64,000 nucleotides of DNA from sequence record NC_005260.1. One strand, 5' to 3'. Below, in pieces: positions 30,853-40,267 of the stretch; positions within the stretch are counted from its first letter, which is position 1, and every line of letters starts with the position of its first letter. The position numbers were made by a program, and so were the translations under genes. The notes below the pieces were generated by a model, which was not told the DNA's origin, searched no databases, and worked only from the letters and a program-made list of their open reading frames with translations.

Positions 30853-32418
30853 ATGAACCCAATTTTTCTAAAACTATTGCAGCCTTGGATGAAGGACGAC
30901 GAAAAACGAGTGCAATCCGACTTATCAGATCGTATTGATTCGTTTGCTGTGCCTGATACTGCCGACGGTGCAATTGAAGTTGATAAACAGATTGATACAA
31001 CTGCTCCAAAAACGGCAATCGTGCAGTCTGTCCTCGGATACGCTCCGAAAATCCAAAACACAAAGGATCTGATTAACCAATATCGCAGTCTGTCTAAATA
31101 TCACGAAGTTGATAACGCGATTGATGAAATTATTAACGACGCTATTGTCCAAGAGGATAACAGAGATACAGTTTATTTGGATCTTGATAAGACGGATTGG
31201 AATGAAAGTGTTAAAGAAATGGTGCGAGAAGAATTCCGAACCATTCTAAAGCTTTTGAAGTTTGAGCGAGAAGGAAAGCGTCATTTCAGACGTTGGTATG
31301 TAGATAGTCGAATCTATTTTCACAAGATGATTGACCCAGCTCGTCCTAAAGACGGCATTAAAGAACTCAGACTTTTAGACCCGCGTAATGTTGAATACTA
31401 CCGTGTTAACCTGAAATCAAATGAAAACGGCAACGACGTTTATAAAGGCGTCAAAGAGTTTTTCACTTATGGCGCAACGGAAGATAACAGATATAATATC
31501 AGCGGAAACTCCAATAATCTAGTTCAGATTCCTATTGACGCTATTGTTTATTCTCATAGCGGAAAAGTTGATATCGACGGCAAGACTATCGTTGGATATC
31601 TGCACAACGTAATTAAGCCAGCTAATCAGCTCAAGATGCTAGAAGATGCTATGGTAATTTACCGTATCACTCGCGCTCCTGAACGCCGCGTTTTCTATAT
31701 CGATGTTGGCACAATGCCGAATAAGAAGGCAACACAACATCTAAATAACGTTATGCAGGGACTAAAGAATCGCGTTGTTTATGACAGCTCTACAGGCAAA
31801 GTCAAAAACAGCTCCAACAATCTGGCCATGACGGAAGATTACTGGTTGATGCGTAGAGATGGCAAAGCCACTACCGAAGTTTCCACGCTGCCTGGTGCGC
31901 AATCCATGGGTGAAATGGATGACGTTCGTTGGTTTAATCGTAAACTATACGAATCGATGAAAATTCCACTCAGTCGTTTGCCGCAAGAAGGTGCTGGTGT
32001 TACATTTGGCGCTGGCAATGATATCACCCGAGACGAGCTCCAATTCACGAAATATATCCGTGGATTACAACAACAGTTTGAGCCTATTTTCTTGAATCCG
32101 CTTAGAACAAACTTGATGCTGAAAGGCAAAATGAGTGTATCTGAATGGGAAGAACAGGCAGAAAACATTAAAGTTGTTTTCTCGAAGGACTCGTATTACG
32201 AAGAGATTAAAGATGTTGAGATTCTGGAACGCCGAGTCAATTTAGTACAAACCCTTGCTTCTGCCGAAGTAACCGGAAAATACCTGTCACATGAATACGT
32301 GATGAAAAATATTCTGCGTATGAGTGATGAAGATATTAAGACGGAACGGGAGAAGATAGACGGCGAATTAAAGGATTCCGTTTATAAAAACCCAGAAGAT
32401 CCTATGGAGGAATTTTAA
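30853..32418 (+). CDS. 20: Portal protein gp20
   Basis: RRWYVDSRIYFH, IYRITRAPERRVFYIDVG, MTEDYWLMRR. Confidence 0.98.
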   Translation: MNPIFLKLLQPWMKDDEKRVQSDLSDRIDSFAVPDTADGAIEVDKQIDTTAPKTAIVQSVLGYAPKIQNTKDLINQYRSLSKYHEVDNAIDEIINDAIVQEDNRDTVYLDLDKTDWNESVKEMVREEFRTILKLLKFEREGKRHFRRWYVDSRIYFHKMIDPARPKDGIKELRLLDPRNVEYYRVNLKSNENGNDVYKGVKEFFTYGATEDNRYNISGNSNNLVQIPIDAIVYSHSGKVDIDGKTIVGYLHNVIKPANQLKMLEDAMVIYRITRAPERRVFYIDVGTMPNKKATQHLNNVMQGLKNRVVYDSSTGKVKNSSNNLAMTEDYWLMRRDGKATTEVSTLPGAQSMGEMDDVRWFNRKLYESMKIPLSRLPQEGAGVTFGAGNDITRDELQFTKYIRGLQQQFEPIFLNPLRTNLMLKGKMSVSEWEEQAENIKVVFSKDSYYEEIKDVEILERRVNLVQTLASAEVTGKYLSHEYVMKNILRMSDEDIKTEREKIDGELKDSVYKNPEDPMEEF

Positions 32419-32580
32419 ATGAATGAGTTTATGAAAGCAGTATCAGACGGAGATTTCGTCTCCGCGAAAGCCGCATTTGGTAACGAAATGTCTATTCGTA
32501 CTGCCGCGGCTGTTCAACGCCGTCGCGAAGAAATCGCTTCTTCTGCGGCTCCGATGTCCGATTACAACTGCGAGGAATAA
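32419..32580 (+). CDS. 67: Prohead core protein gp67 (53 aa, not in ORF track)
   Basis: MNEFMKAVSDGDFVSAKAAFGNEMSIRTA resembles T4 gp67; GGAGG SD; synteny. Confidence 0.75.
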   Translation: MNEFMKAVSDGDFVSAKAAFGNEMSIRTAAAVQRRREEIASSAAPMSDYNCEE

Positions 32581-32625
32581 TAAGAGCGGGAATATTTCCC
32601 GCTTATAAAACTAAGAAGGTGACCA

Positions 32626-33099
32626 ATGTCAAAAGAACTTGTGACAGCAAAATGGAAAGCTTCCGTGCAGGGTCGTATTATCGAGTCGGATGAGGAACTA
32701 AATATTCTCGAAGGACTGGTATCAGAATGCAAACCTCTCGTTGCTGACCGTCTGGAAGAAATGAAAAAGATTCTTGGCGATTCTGTTAATACCGTGCTGG
32801 AAAACATGCTAAATACAGATGAAGCAATTGAAGCGTTTGCCATGTTGTCGATTAACGAATCCGAAGAAATTCAGGAAACAATCGTTAAGCGCGTTGATGC
32901 TCTTGGAGTCGTCACTAGACTAAAAGACCGTGAAACTCGCGAACGCCAAGCGACCCAAACAACTGGCCTATCTAAAGCCGCAAGACGTCAGATTGCCCGC
33001 AAAGCTGCTAAAACAAAACGTTCGCATCCGAATATTACTCGGAAAGCCGTTCGTAAGCAGAAAAAGGCAATGAAAAAACGTCACCAGATGGGACTGTAA
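32626..33099 (+). CDS. 68: Prohead core protein gp68
   Basis: RRATQTTGLS-like basic C-terminus; synteny. Confidence 0.9.
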   Translation: MSKELVTAKWKASVQGRIIESDEELNILEGLVSECKPLVADRLEEMKKILGDSVNTVLENMLNTDEAIEAFAMLSINESEEIQETIVKRVDALGVVTRLKDRETRERQATQTTGLSKAARRQIARKAAKTKRSHPNITRKAVRKQKKAMKKRHQMGL

Positions 33100-33101
33100 A
33101 T

Positions 33102-33731
33102 ATGACTGAGCCGTATCTGTTAACAGAAGACTGGGGACAACCCGGTAAAGTCGGCGACGCCAATGTTGTCGTTGAATCAATTGAAAGTAACGGCAAACTT
33201 TATATCGAGGGTATTTTCATGCAATCCGAAGTTGTTAATGGCAACAAGCGGATGTACCCGAAAAAAGTATTGCAGGAAGCCGTTACTAAATACATTAAAG
33301 AACAGGTTGATACACGACAGGCTTTAGGAGAACTAAACCATCCTGCTCGCGCTAACGTTGACCCGCTACATGCAGCAATCATTATTGAAAAGCTGGAAAT
33401 GCGCGGAAATGACGTTTGGGGACGTGCCAGAATTATCGAAGGCGATTATGCGGAAGGCGACAAAACTGCCGCTCTAATTCGTGCTGGCTGGATTCCGGGC
33501 GTAAGCTCCCGTGGTTTGGGAACTGTCAAAGCAAATCGTTATGGTATTAACGAAGTTCAAGAAGGTTTTAAATTAACTGTTGGTGTTGATGTTGTTTGGG
33601 GGCCGAGTGCGCCTAATGCATACGTTAAACCGGTAGTGGAATCTCTAGCTGCTCATATTGAGGAAAAGAAGAAAGTCAGTAATGACGACGCTTTCCTGGC
33701 ATTGGCAGAAGCGTTAAAAAACCTTAACTAA
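33102..33731 (+). CDS. 21: Prohead protease gp21
   Basis: LYIEGIFMQSEVVNGNKRMYP, LGELNHP, GVSSRGLG. Confidence 0.97.
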   Translation: MTEPYLLTEDWGQPGKVGDANVVVESIESNGKLYIEGIFMQSEVVNGNKRMYPKKVLQEAVTKYIKEQVDTRQALGELNHPARANVDPLHAAIIIEKLEMRGNDVWGRARIIEGDYAEGDKTAALIRAGWIPGVSSRGLGTVKANRYGINEVQEGFKLTVGVDVVWGPSAPNAYVKPVVESLAAHIEEKKKVSNDDAFLALAEALKNLN

Positions 33732-33734
33732 ATA
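33728..33734 (+). promoter_or_regulatory. Late promoter CTAAATA (gene 22)
   Basis: Overlaps the gene 21 stop. Confidence 0.7.
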
Positions 33735-33762
33735 CATGTATAACAACTACCGAGGATTAAAA

Positions 33763-34557
33763 ATGTCTATTAAAGACCAACTGCTTTCCGAAGCAAAGAA
33801 TATTACCCTTGGCGTTGAACTGGACAGCATTTTCGAGTCCGTTGAACTGGCACCAGAAGTTAAGGCCAAGTTCAGCACTGTTTTCGAATCAGTTGTTAAG
33901 CAACACGCCGTCACCCTGGCTGAATCACACGTGGCTCAAATTGCCGAAGAAGCTGATCGCCTGGTTGAAGAAAAATCCGCTGAGAAAGTTGAACAACTGT
34001 CTGAGCAAGTAAACAAGTATTTCGACCACCTGGTAGAAACTTGGATGGAAGAAAACAAAATCGCAGTTGATAACGGCATCAAAGTTCAAATGTTTGAATC
34101 TCTGCTGGGATCTATGAAAGCTGTATTTGTTGAGCATAACGTTTCCGTTCCAGAGGAATCTGTTGACGTTGTTGCTGAAATGGAAGAAGAACTCCGCGAA
34201 GCTCGTAATGAACTGAATGGTGCGCTGGATAAAGTATCTGAGCTGAAAGAAAGCATTGTTACTATTAAGCGTGATCAAGTTGTTGCCGAAGCAACTAAAG
34301 ATCTGACCGAGATTCAAAAAGGTAAAGTAATGTCACTGTCCGAAGGTATCGCATTTGGCGACACTTTTGCTGATAAGCTGACTGCCATTGTTGAGATGGT
34401 AAGTGCGGTTAAACCGCAAGAACAACCTGCCGCACAAATTGACGAAAATCTGAATTTCGTTGAACAGGAAACAAATGTTGAGCCGATTGTAGAAAATAAA
34501 CAACCTACCGCTCCGCAGATTGATCCCGCTGTAGCTGGTTATCTGAACTTTATCTGA
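33763..34557 (+). CDS. 22: Prohead scaffold gp22
   Basis: Acidic coiled coil with WMEENKIAV; ATG 33763 with GAGGA SD. Confidence 0.93.
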   Translation: MSIKDQLLSEAKNITLGVELDSIFESVELAPEVKAKFSTVFESVVKQHAVTLAESHVAQIAEEADRLVEEKSAEKVEQLSEQVNKYFDHLVETWMEENKIAVDNGIKVQMFESLLGSMKAVFVEHNVSVPEESVDVVAEMEEELREARNELNGALDKVSELKESIVTIKRDQVVAEATKDLTEIQKGKVMSLSEGIAFGDTFADKLTAIVEMVSAVKPQEQPAAQIDENLNFVEQETNVEPIVENKQPTAPQIDPAVAGYLNFI

Positions 34558-34559
34558 TA

Positions 34560-34566
34560 CTAAATA
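34560..34566 (+). promoter_or_regulatory. Late promoter CTAAATA (gene 23)
   Basis: Intergenic 22/23. Confidence 0.75.
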
Positions 34567-34623
34567 CTATCAGATAAGAATGATTGTCTTTAATAAAAAA
34601 CTTTTTCATAAGGAAACAAAAGA

Positions 34624-36228
34624 ATGTCTAAGAAATCTCTCCTGAAAAAATGGCAGCCGCTGGTAGAAAGTGAAGGTATGCCTGCTATTGCTTCTATGAA
34701 GCGTAAGGATATCGTCGCTCGTATCTTCGAAAACCAGGACGAAGATATTGCACATAACGAAGGTGGTGTGTATACTGATCAGGTAGTTGTTAACTCCATG
34801 GTTGACGTTAAGGGTCGTATCGAAGAAGCCCGTTTGGCAGAAGCCAACATCGGCGGTGATCACGGCTATGATGCTACCAAGATCGCTTCTGGCGAAACCT
34901 CTGGCTCCATCACCAACGTCGGTCCTGCTGTTATGGGTCTGGTACGTCGTGCTATCCCGCAACTGATTGCGTTTGATATCTGCGGTGTTCAGCCGATGAC
35001 TAGCTCTACCGGTCAAGTGTTCACTCTGCGTGCCATCTACGGTGGTAACTCTCAGGATGCTAACGCTCGCGAAGCTTTCCACCCAACCTACGGTCCGGAT
35101 GCTGATTTCTCTGGTCGTGGTGCTGCTCAAGATATCGCTGTGTTTGTTCGTGGTACTGCTGTTGCTTCTGGCGCATTCGCTAAACTGCATATTGAAGCTG
35201 CTACCGGTGTTCAAGCTGGTACCAAGACTGTTCAGTTTATCAAGGATTACGCTGTTGACGCGCTGCCTGCTGATCAAACCGAAGCCGGTCTGGCTTACAA
35301 ATGGCTGCTGGCTAACGGCTACGCTGTAGAAACTAGCTCTGCAATGGCTACCGCTTTTGCTGAACTGCAACAAGGTTTCAACGGTTCTGCCGATAACGAG
35401 TGGAACGAAATGTCATTCCGTATTGACAAGCAAGTTGTTGAAGCGAAATCTCGTCAACTGAAAGCTCAATACTCTATCGAAATGGCTCAAGATCTGCGCG
35501 CCGTTCACGGTCTGGACGCTGACAGCGAACTGTCTAGCATTCTGGCTAACGAAATCATGCACGAAATCAACCGTGAAATGGTTCTGTGGATTAACGCTAC
35601 TGCTAAAGTAGGTAAGACTGGCTGGACTAACATGCACGGTGGTAAAGCTGGTGTGTTCGACTTCCAAGACACCAAAGATATTCGTGGTGCTCGTTGGGCT
35701 GGTGAAAGCTACAAAGCTCTGGTAGTTCAGATCGACAAAGAAGCTAACGAAATCGCCCGTCAAACCGGTCGCGGTCAAGGTAACTTCATCATCTGTTCTC
35801 GTAACGTTGCCGCTGCTCTGGGTCACACCGACATGCTGATGACTCCGGCTGTTATGGGTGCTAACACCACCATGAATACCGACACCACTTCTAGTCTGTT
35901 CGCTGGTGTTCTGGCTGGTAAGTATCGTGTGTATATCGATCAGTACGCTGTTGAAGATTACTTCACCGTAGGCTACAAGGGCGCTTCTGAAATGGATGCT
36001 GGCCTGTACTACTGCCCATACGTTGCGCTGACCCCACTGCGTGGTACCGATCCTAAGAACTTCCAACCAGTTCTGGGCTTCAAGACTCGCTACGGTGTTA
36101 AACTGCACCCAATGGCTGACGCTACCCAGAATAAAGGGTTCGCTAAGATCAGCAACGGTATGCCGCAACACACCAACATGTTCGGTAAGAACGCATTCTT
36201 CCGTCGTGTACTGGTTGCTGGTGTTTAA
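34624..36228 (+). CDS. 23: Major capsid protein gp23
   Basis: GPAVMGLVRRAIPQLIAFDICGVQPM, EAKSRQLKAQYSIE, FKTRYG. Confidence 0.99.
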   Translation: MSKKSLLKKWQPLVESEGMPAIASMKRKDIVARIFENQDEDIAHNEGGVYTDQVVVNSMVDVKGRIEEARLAEANIGGDHGYDATKIASGETSGSITNVGPAVMGLVRRAIPQLIAFDICGVQPMTSSTGQVFTLRAIYGGNSQDANAREAFHPTYGPDADFSGRGAAQDIAVFVRGTAVASGAFAKLHIEAATGVQAGTKTVQFIKDYAVDALPADQTEAGLAYKWLLANGYAVETSSAMATAFAELQQGFNGSADNEWNEMSFRIDKQVVEAKSRQLKAQYSIEMAQDLRAVHGLDADSELSSILANEIMHEINREMVLWINATAKVGKTGWTNMHGGKAGVFDFQDTKDIRGARWAGESYKALVVQIDKEANEIARQTGRGQGNFIICSRNVAAALGHTDMLMTPAVMGANTTMNTDTTSSLFAGVLAGKYRVYIDQYAVEDYFTVGYKGASEMDAGLYYCPYVALTPLRGTDPKNFQPVLGFKTRYGVKLHPMADATQNKGFAKISNGMPQHTNMFGKNAFFRRVLVAGV

Positions 36229-36250
36229 TAGTTAATCTAGCACACAAAAA

Positions 36251-36276
36251 GGGAGGGCGCAAGCTCTCCCTTTTTT
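36251..36276 (+). terminator. Intrinsic terminator after gene 23
   Basis: GGGAGGGC-GCAA-GCTCTCCC followed by T6. Confidence 0.9.
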
Positions 36277-36279
36277 CGT

Positions 36280-36286
36280 CTAAATA
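36280..36286 (+). promoter_or_regulatory. Late promoter CTAAATA (gene 24)
   Basis: Immediately after the gene 23 terminator. Confidence 0.75.
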
Positions 36287-36314
36287 GATTAAAGAAACCC
36301 TAAGGGAGTAACAA

Positions 36315-37493
36315 ATGCTAAAGAACTTAATTGCGGAGTCTAGCGGTGCAAATAGCATTGAATCTGGACGTCCGTCTCTGGTAGCTCTTACCAGAAAAAC
36401 ACAAGATATGATTTATAAAGATCTTGTATGTATTCAGCCGACCAAACAACCACTTGCCACAGTCTATGGAATGCGTTTGGATTACGTTGCAAAAGACGGT
36501 AGTGGTTATGATATTCAATTAGATCACCGCACTCATGGTGGTCAATTTAAGATTGGATATTCTACATTACCGGCACCAACAAATGTACATGCGGAAGGAG
36601 ATCAATTCCAGTTTAATCAGTATGCATTTGAGGTCATTAAAGTTGGTGATTATGTAACTGGATATACTACCGAAGAAGATTATCATCGTGCGATGTTGCG
36701 AGGCGAATTGCGTCTTCTGTCTGACGGTATTGATTACGGCAACGAACAAGATGGCACAGAAGTTGTTCCGGAGACTAAATTTATTCTGAATCGTTGGACC
36801 GCTCTAGTTCGAGCACGTAAGATGAAATGTCCAGTAACTATTGAATTGCTACAAGATATGGAGCGTGAGAGTTTGAACTCCGACGCGACAATCGAAGATC
36901 TCCTGGCTACTTCAATTGCGACTGAAATCAACACCGATATTATCTCCAAGTTGATTTGTGTTAGTACAAAAGAGAAGGAACTTAGTCTAATCAACTACGA
37001 AACTACCTATTATCAGGGTCGCGAATTGATTACTCGCGCTTGTACTATGGCAGCAGAAATCGAGTGGTATACTTCGTTTGAAGCTACTTATCTGGTAGTT
37101 AGTTATAAGCTTGATGGCATTATTCGTGCAAGTGGACAAGTTGACGACAGAGGATATATTCGTGGTACAAAAATGAAATTAATGATGGACGGAAACGCTA
37201 TTGTTGATTATATGATGGTAGGTACCAAATTTGATGGCGGAGAGAATTCTGTAGATAATGCGAGTGGACTATTCTATTCACCATACCAGGAAGCCGATGA
37301 AGCTGGGACATTCTTGGTAACATCTGAACCAGGGTCGATTCAACCTGTTGTTGGTGTAATTACTAGATATGCTTTGAGTTGCTTCCCGGATTACGCTGAT
37401 ATTTCACAGGGCGCTAAGCCAAATGGAGAAGATTGGCAGAAAGCCGCAAACCGTAGTATTTTCGTTCGACTGACTCCAGTCGTCGTTGAATAA
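36315..37493 (+). CDS. 24: Capsid vertex protein gp24
   Basis: GRPSLVALT, QPTKQPLATVYG; gp23-paralog pattern; synteny. Confidence 0.9.
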   Translation: MLKNLIAESSGANSIESGRPSLVALTRKTQDMIYKDLVCIQPTKQPLATVYGMRLDYVAKDGSGYDIQLDHRTHGGQFKIGYSTLPAPTNVHAEGDQFQFNQYAFEVIKVGDYVTGYTTEEDYHRAMLRGELRLLSDGIDYGNEQDGTEVVPETKFILNRWTALVRARKMKCPVTIELLQDMERESLNSDATIEDLLATSIATEINTDIISKLICVSTKEKELSLINYETTYYQGRELITRACTMAAEIEWYTSFEATYLVVSYKLDGIIRASGQVDDRGYIRGTKMKLMMDGNAIVDYMMVGTKFDGGENSVDNASGLFYSPYQEADEAGTFLVTSEPGSIQPVVGVITRYALSCFPDYADISQGAKPNGEDWQKAANRSIFVRLTPVVVE

Positions 37494-37503
37494 GGAATAA
37501 AAA

Positions 37504-37716
37504 ATGTCAAGTAGTATGTTTAACTCAGATCACATCACAACGCTGATTTCGGAGCGCATTCTGAACAAGAGTCCTGCGATGCGTGAACAAGAACGTTTGG
37601 AAGAAGCTAGGATTCTCTCTGAGAGACGATTGGAAGACGGCATCGTTAAGACCCGTGCGTTTCTATCAACTCTAAGTGAAAATCAACGTAATCGCTTCCT
37701 GGCGAATATTAGATAA
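37504..37716 (+). CDS. Hypothetical late protein (70 aa)
   Basis: AAGGA SD; lies between gene 24 and a terminator. Confidence 0.6.
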   Translation: MSSSMFNSDHITTLISERILNKSPAMREQERLEEARILSERRLEDGIVKTRAFLSTLSENQRNRFLANIR

Positions 37717-37717
37717 C

Positions 37718-37749
37718 AAAAAGGCCACTCGTTTGAGTGGCCTTTTTTT
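37718..37749. terminator. Bidirectional terminator at the late/early convergence
   Basis: A5-GGCCACTC-GTTT-GAGTGGCC-T7. Confidence 0.9.
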
Positions 37750-38089
37750 ACATCAAAGATACAACGATAGAGCTGAATAGTTCGTCTTTAATCCGCTGTT
37801 CAATTGGCAGATCTTCATAGTCAACAATACACGGATGAGTTTTCAGTTTTGAATCTTTCGTCTCGCCGTATTTCCACCCTTCGGAAATCTTATGTGATTT
37901 CCACTCATGATGAAGTTGCTCGGCAGTCTTGTCTGGATCAGTCATAACGGATTTAACACCTAGAATACAGGATTGTTTCTGCTGTTCTTCTGCTTCTTTC
38001 CAAGGCTTAATAGAATCGTCTCCCAATAGTAGGCAATAATGACGGCTCATTTCGTGACAGACTGCGGCAATTTGTTCAACTGTTAACAT
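37748..38089 (-). CDS. RyR-repeat-domain protein
   Basis: HHEWKSHKISEGWKYG..D..KTHPCIVDYEDLP..Q..KD matches the RyR domain signature. Confidence 0.75.
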   Translation of the reverse strand: MLTVEQIAAVCHEMSRHYCLLLGDDSIKPWKEAEEQQKQSCILGVKSVMTDPDKTAEQLHHEWKSHKISEGWKYGETKDSKLKTHPCIVDYEDLPIEQRIKDELFSSIVVSLM

Positions 38090-38123
38090 TTCAAAGTTCC
38101 TTCTATGTAGGTTTATCTACATG

Positions 38124-38131
38124 TATTTATT
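38124..38131 (-). promoter_or_regulatory. Possible late promoter AATAAATA (RyR gene)
   Basis: TAAATA core about 35 nt upstream of ATG 38089. Confidence 0.4.
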
Positions 38132-38684
38132 CTAAGAAGGATAGATCGATTTGTTTATTCTGCTCATATGACGGTACTTCTATGCCAAATTTATCGCAAA
38201 TCTTTTTCATGTTGTCATAATGCCACATATTGACAACAGGAATTCCTCTACGCTTGGCTATTGTTGTTGCTGTTCTAGTGCCTCCCTGAATAACACCGCG
38301 TCGCTCGGTAGAATAGCATATCACCAAGTCGGAAGGAGTATTCAGATCTCTGCCTAAAATTTGATAAGCGTTTCGGACATGGAGCCATTGGGAATAAAAG
38401 TCTAGGTATTGAAAATGTGGCAAAATATTCTTTACCATTTCTTCTGCTTCAAAGAAGTTTTCAAACTTAGTAACGTTTATTCCCTCTGGATATTTGTCGT
38501 CGGGTCGGTATATCTCTGCTAGTGCTGGGTCATACAGTTTCATGAACTCATAATCCATGCCAATAGCACGGCCGGATCTTCCGATCCAGCCTTTGTCTGA
38601 GAATGCTTTACCGATTTGATTTGCTGACGGGACGATTAACTTTGGTGGGTATCTCGTTCCGATCAGTGTCACAATTTTTTTCAC
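38127..38684 (-). CDS. SLOG/DprA-like Rossmann-fold protein
   Basis: LIGTRYPP, RSGRAIGMD, GGTRTATTIAKRRGIPVVN; GTG start after GAGGAG preferred. Confidence 0.65.
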   Translation of the reverse strand: MKKIVTLIGTRYPPKLIVPSANQIGKAFSDKGWIGRSGRAIGMDYEFMKLYDPALAEIYRPDDKYPEGINVTKFENFFEAEEMVKNILPHFQYLDFYSQWLHVRNAYQILGRDLNTPSDLVICYSTERRGVIQGGTRTATTIAKRRGIPVVNMWHYDNMKKICDKFGIEVPSYEQNKQIDLSFLE

Positions 38685-38705
38685 AACACTCCTCACAAAT
38701 ATACA

Positions 38706-39842
38706 TTAATCCACCAGTTTACATCTGGTCAATACAGTTTGTTTCTTGCCTTTGTATTCGTCGTGTGCTTTGACGGTACCTGCAATTTTGATTTGTTCGT
38801 TTTCGTCGAACTCACGATATCCGCTTGCAAACCAGGTAAACATGTTGCCACTGTTGTCAATCATAGAAACAACGGTAAGAGTGCCATACATTGTTTCGAT
38901 TGGGTTTGTGCGGGTAACAATAAGTTCGAGGCCTTTAAGACGCTCACCAACGCTACCAATGTGCTTGGATTCGTTTCCAATCTTATCTGTGATGGCTTGC
39001 TCTGCTTTCTTATCAAGATCGCGGAGATAGCAGGCCACCGCAGATACGGCATAAGCCATAGACTTGCTAGAAACGTATCCGTTTTTAGCGACTTGATGAA
39101 CGTTGTTTGTGTAAGATCCGTCACCGAACGGCTTCATGTTGAACATGAATTCCACGCAAGGATTTACATGATCCTTGAATACTTCGATATCACTACGCTT
39201 GAATGAAGAATTTGGCATGTGAAGGATGTTACTAACGACATATCGAGTCGGAACATTGTCTTCACATCCATGGGAAGTCTTCACGTATCCGAAACGACGA
39301 ATCGCAGCAACGGAAGCGCAAATCACTTCTTCCAACGTATCGTATGCGATCCGAGAGGAAGAACCATAGCTTTTCTCATTGTCCAGATCTTTCATTTCGT
39401 CAAAGAAATAGATCATATTCTTCGGACTAGCGTGACCCATATAATGCTTCAAGCAAGATCCGCCGACTTGGAGAAACTTCTCGCCGTCTGTTACAACGAA
39501 AGTGTTTGCGCGATACCGGTTGGTATTGCAGTGATCGCACTTGCATTTAACATCGGCAGCAGAGCTATACATTTCCGGGATTTCGCGAACACCGTAAACT
39601 AGGTTTTCATCGTGATCGATTTTGGCAACAAAAGTCCAGCCACCCGGCATCTTCGGAGCGTCGCCTTTTACTTCAATCACGAATGACTTGTATGTGTAGA
39701 GGTCAGCATCGTCGGTGATCATTCGTTCGCTAATGATTTCAAATGTAGGAGCGTCGATTCCCATCTTAGCCGCAATGCGACCAAGTTTTTCCATACGAGC
39801 AACAAACTGTTCAAAATACATTTCATCGATTTGAATTTGCAT
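38706..39842 (-). CDS. Hypothetical protein with CxHC Zn knuckle and C-terminal OB-fold-like domain
   Basis: CDHCNTNRYR; HIGSVGER...TWFASG...GTVKAHDEYKGKKQTVLTRC. Confidence 0.6.
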   Translation of the reverse strand: MQIQIDEMYFEQFVARMEKLGRIAAKMGIDAPTFEIISERMITDDADLYTYKSFVIEVKGDAPKMPGGWTFVAKIDHDENLVYGVREIPEMYSSAADVKCKCDHCNTNRYRANTFVVTDGEKFLQVGGSCLKHYMGHASPKNMIYFFDEMKDLDNEKSYGSSSRIAYDTLEEVICASVAAIRRFGYVKTSHGCEDNVPTRYVVSNILHMPNSSFKRSDIEVFKDHVNPCVEFMFNMKPFGDGSYTNNVHQVAKNGYVSSKSMAYAVSAVACYLRDLDKKAEQAITDKIGNESKHIGSVGERLKGLELIVTRTNPIETMYGTLTVVSMIDNSGNMFTWFASGYREFDENEQIKIAGTVKAHDEYKGKKQTVLTRCKLVD

Positions 39843-39871
39843 GACGATATCCTCATTAGTTGATGTGGGCC

Positions 39872-39899
39872 ATTATACAGACCCACTACCAGTTGTCAA
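39872..39899 (-). promoter_or_regulatory. Early sigma70-like promoter TTGACA-N16-TATAAT
   Basis: Upstream of the 378-aa ORF. Confidence 0.8.
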
Positions 39900-39903
39900 C
39901 ACA

Positions 39904-40260
39904 TTAACCCGCGATTACTGCCTTTTCGAAAGCCATGCGCATAGCAGTTTGCGGCATTGCTTGCTTCTGTTGTTCGCGCTTCTCGATGCGCTGTTTACGC
40001 TCTACCTTGGTAGGAGTGAAAGTCCAGATCTTGCGACGTTGTACAACGGGAGATTGGATGTCGATCTCAACTTGATCCTGTTCTGCGCTAGGGACATCCA
40101 TCACAACAAAAGATTTTGATTTGATACGCGCTTGTTCAACGTCTTTGATCCAGCGACTCACGGTAGATGCCGACACTTCCAGTTGACGGGCGATTTCTGC
40201 TTTTGCAACACCATTTTCGTTCATGAAATGGGCTTTGATCTTGGTAGCGTTGTTCATCAT
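39904..40260 (-). CDS. HTH DNA-binding protein
   Basis: KAEIARQLEVSASTVSRWIK; start moved to the MMNN ATG with AAGGA SD. Confidence 0.75.
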   Translation of the reverse strand: MMNNATKIKAHFMNENGVAKAEIARQLEVSASTVSRWIKDVEQARIKSKSFVVMDVPSAEQDQVEIDIQSPVVQRRKIWTFTPTKVERKQRIEKREQQKQAMPQTAMRMAFEKAVIAG

Positions 40261-40267
40261 TTTGTCC

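Noticed and set aside
34606-36171. Two ~250-aa antisense ORFs over gene 23
   Set aside because: Expected shadow of the strong codon bias of a highly expressed gene; no SD or promoter and no recognisable motifs.
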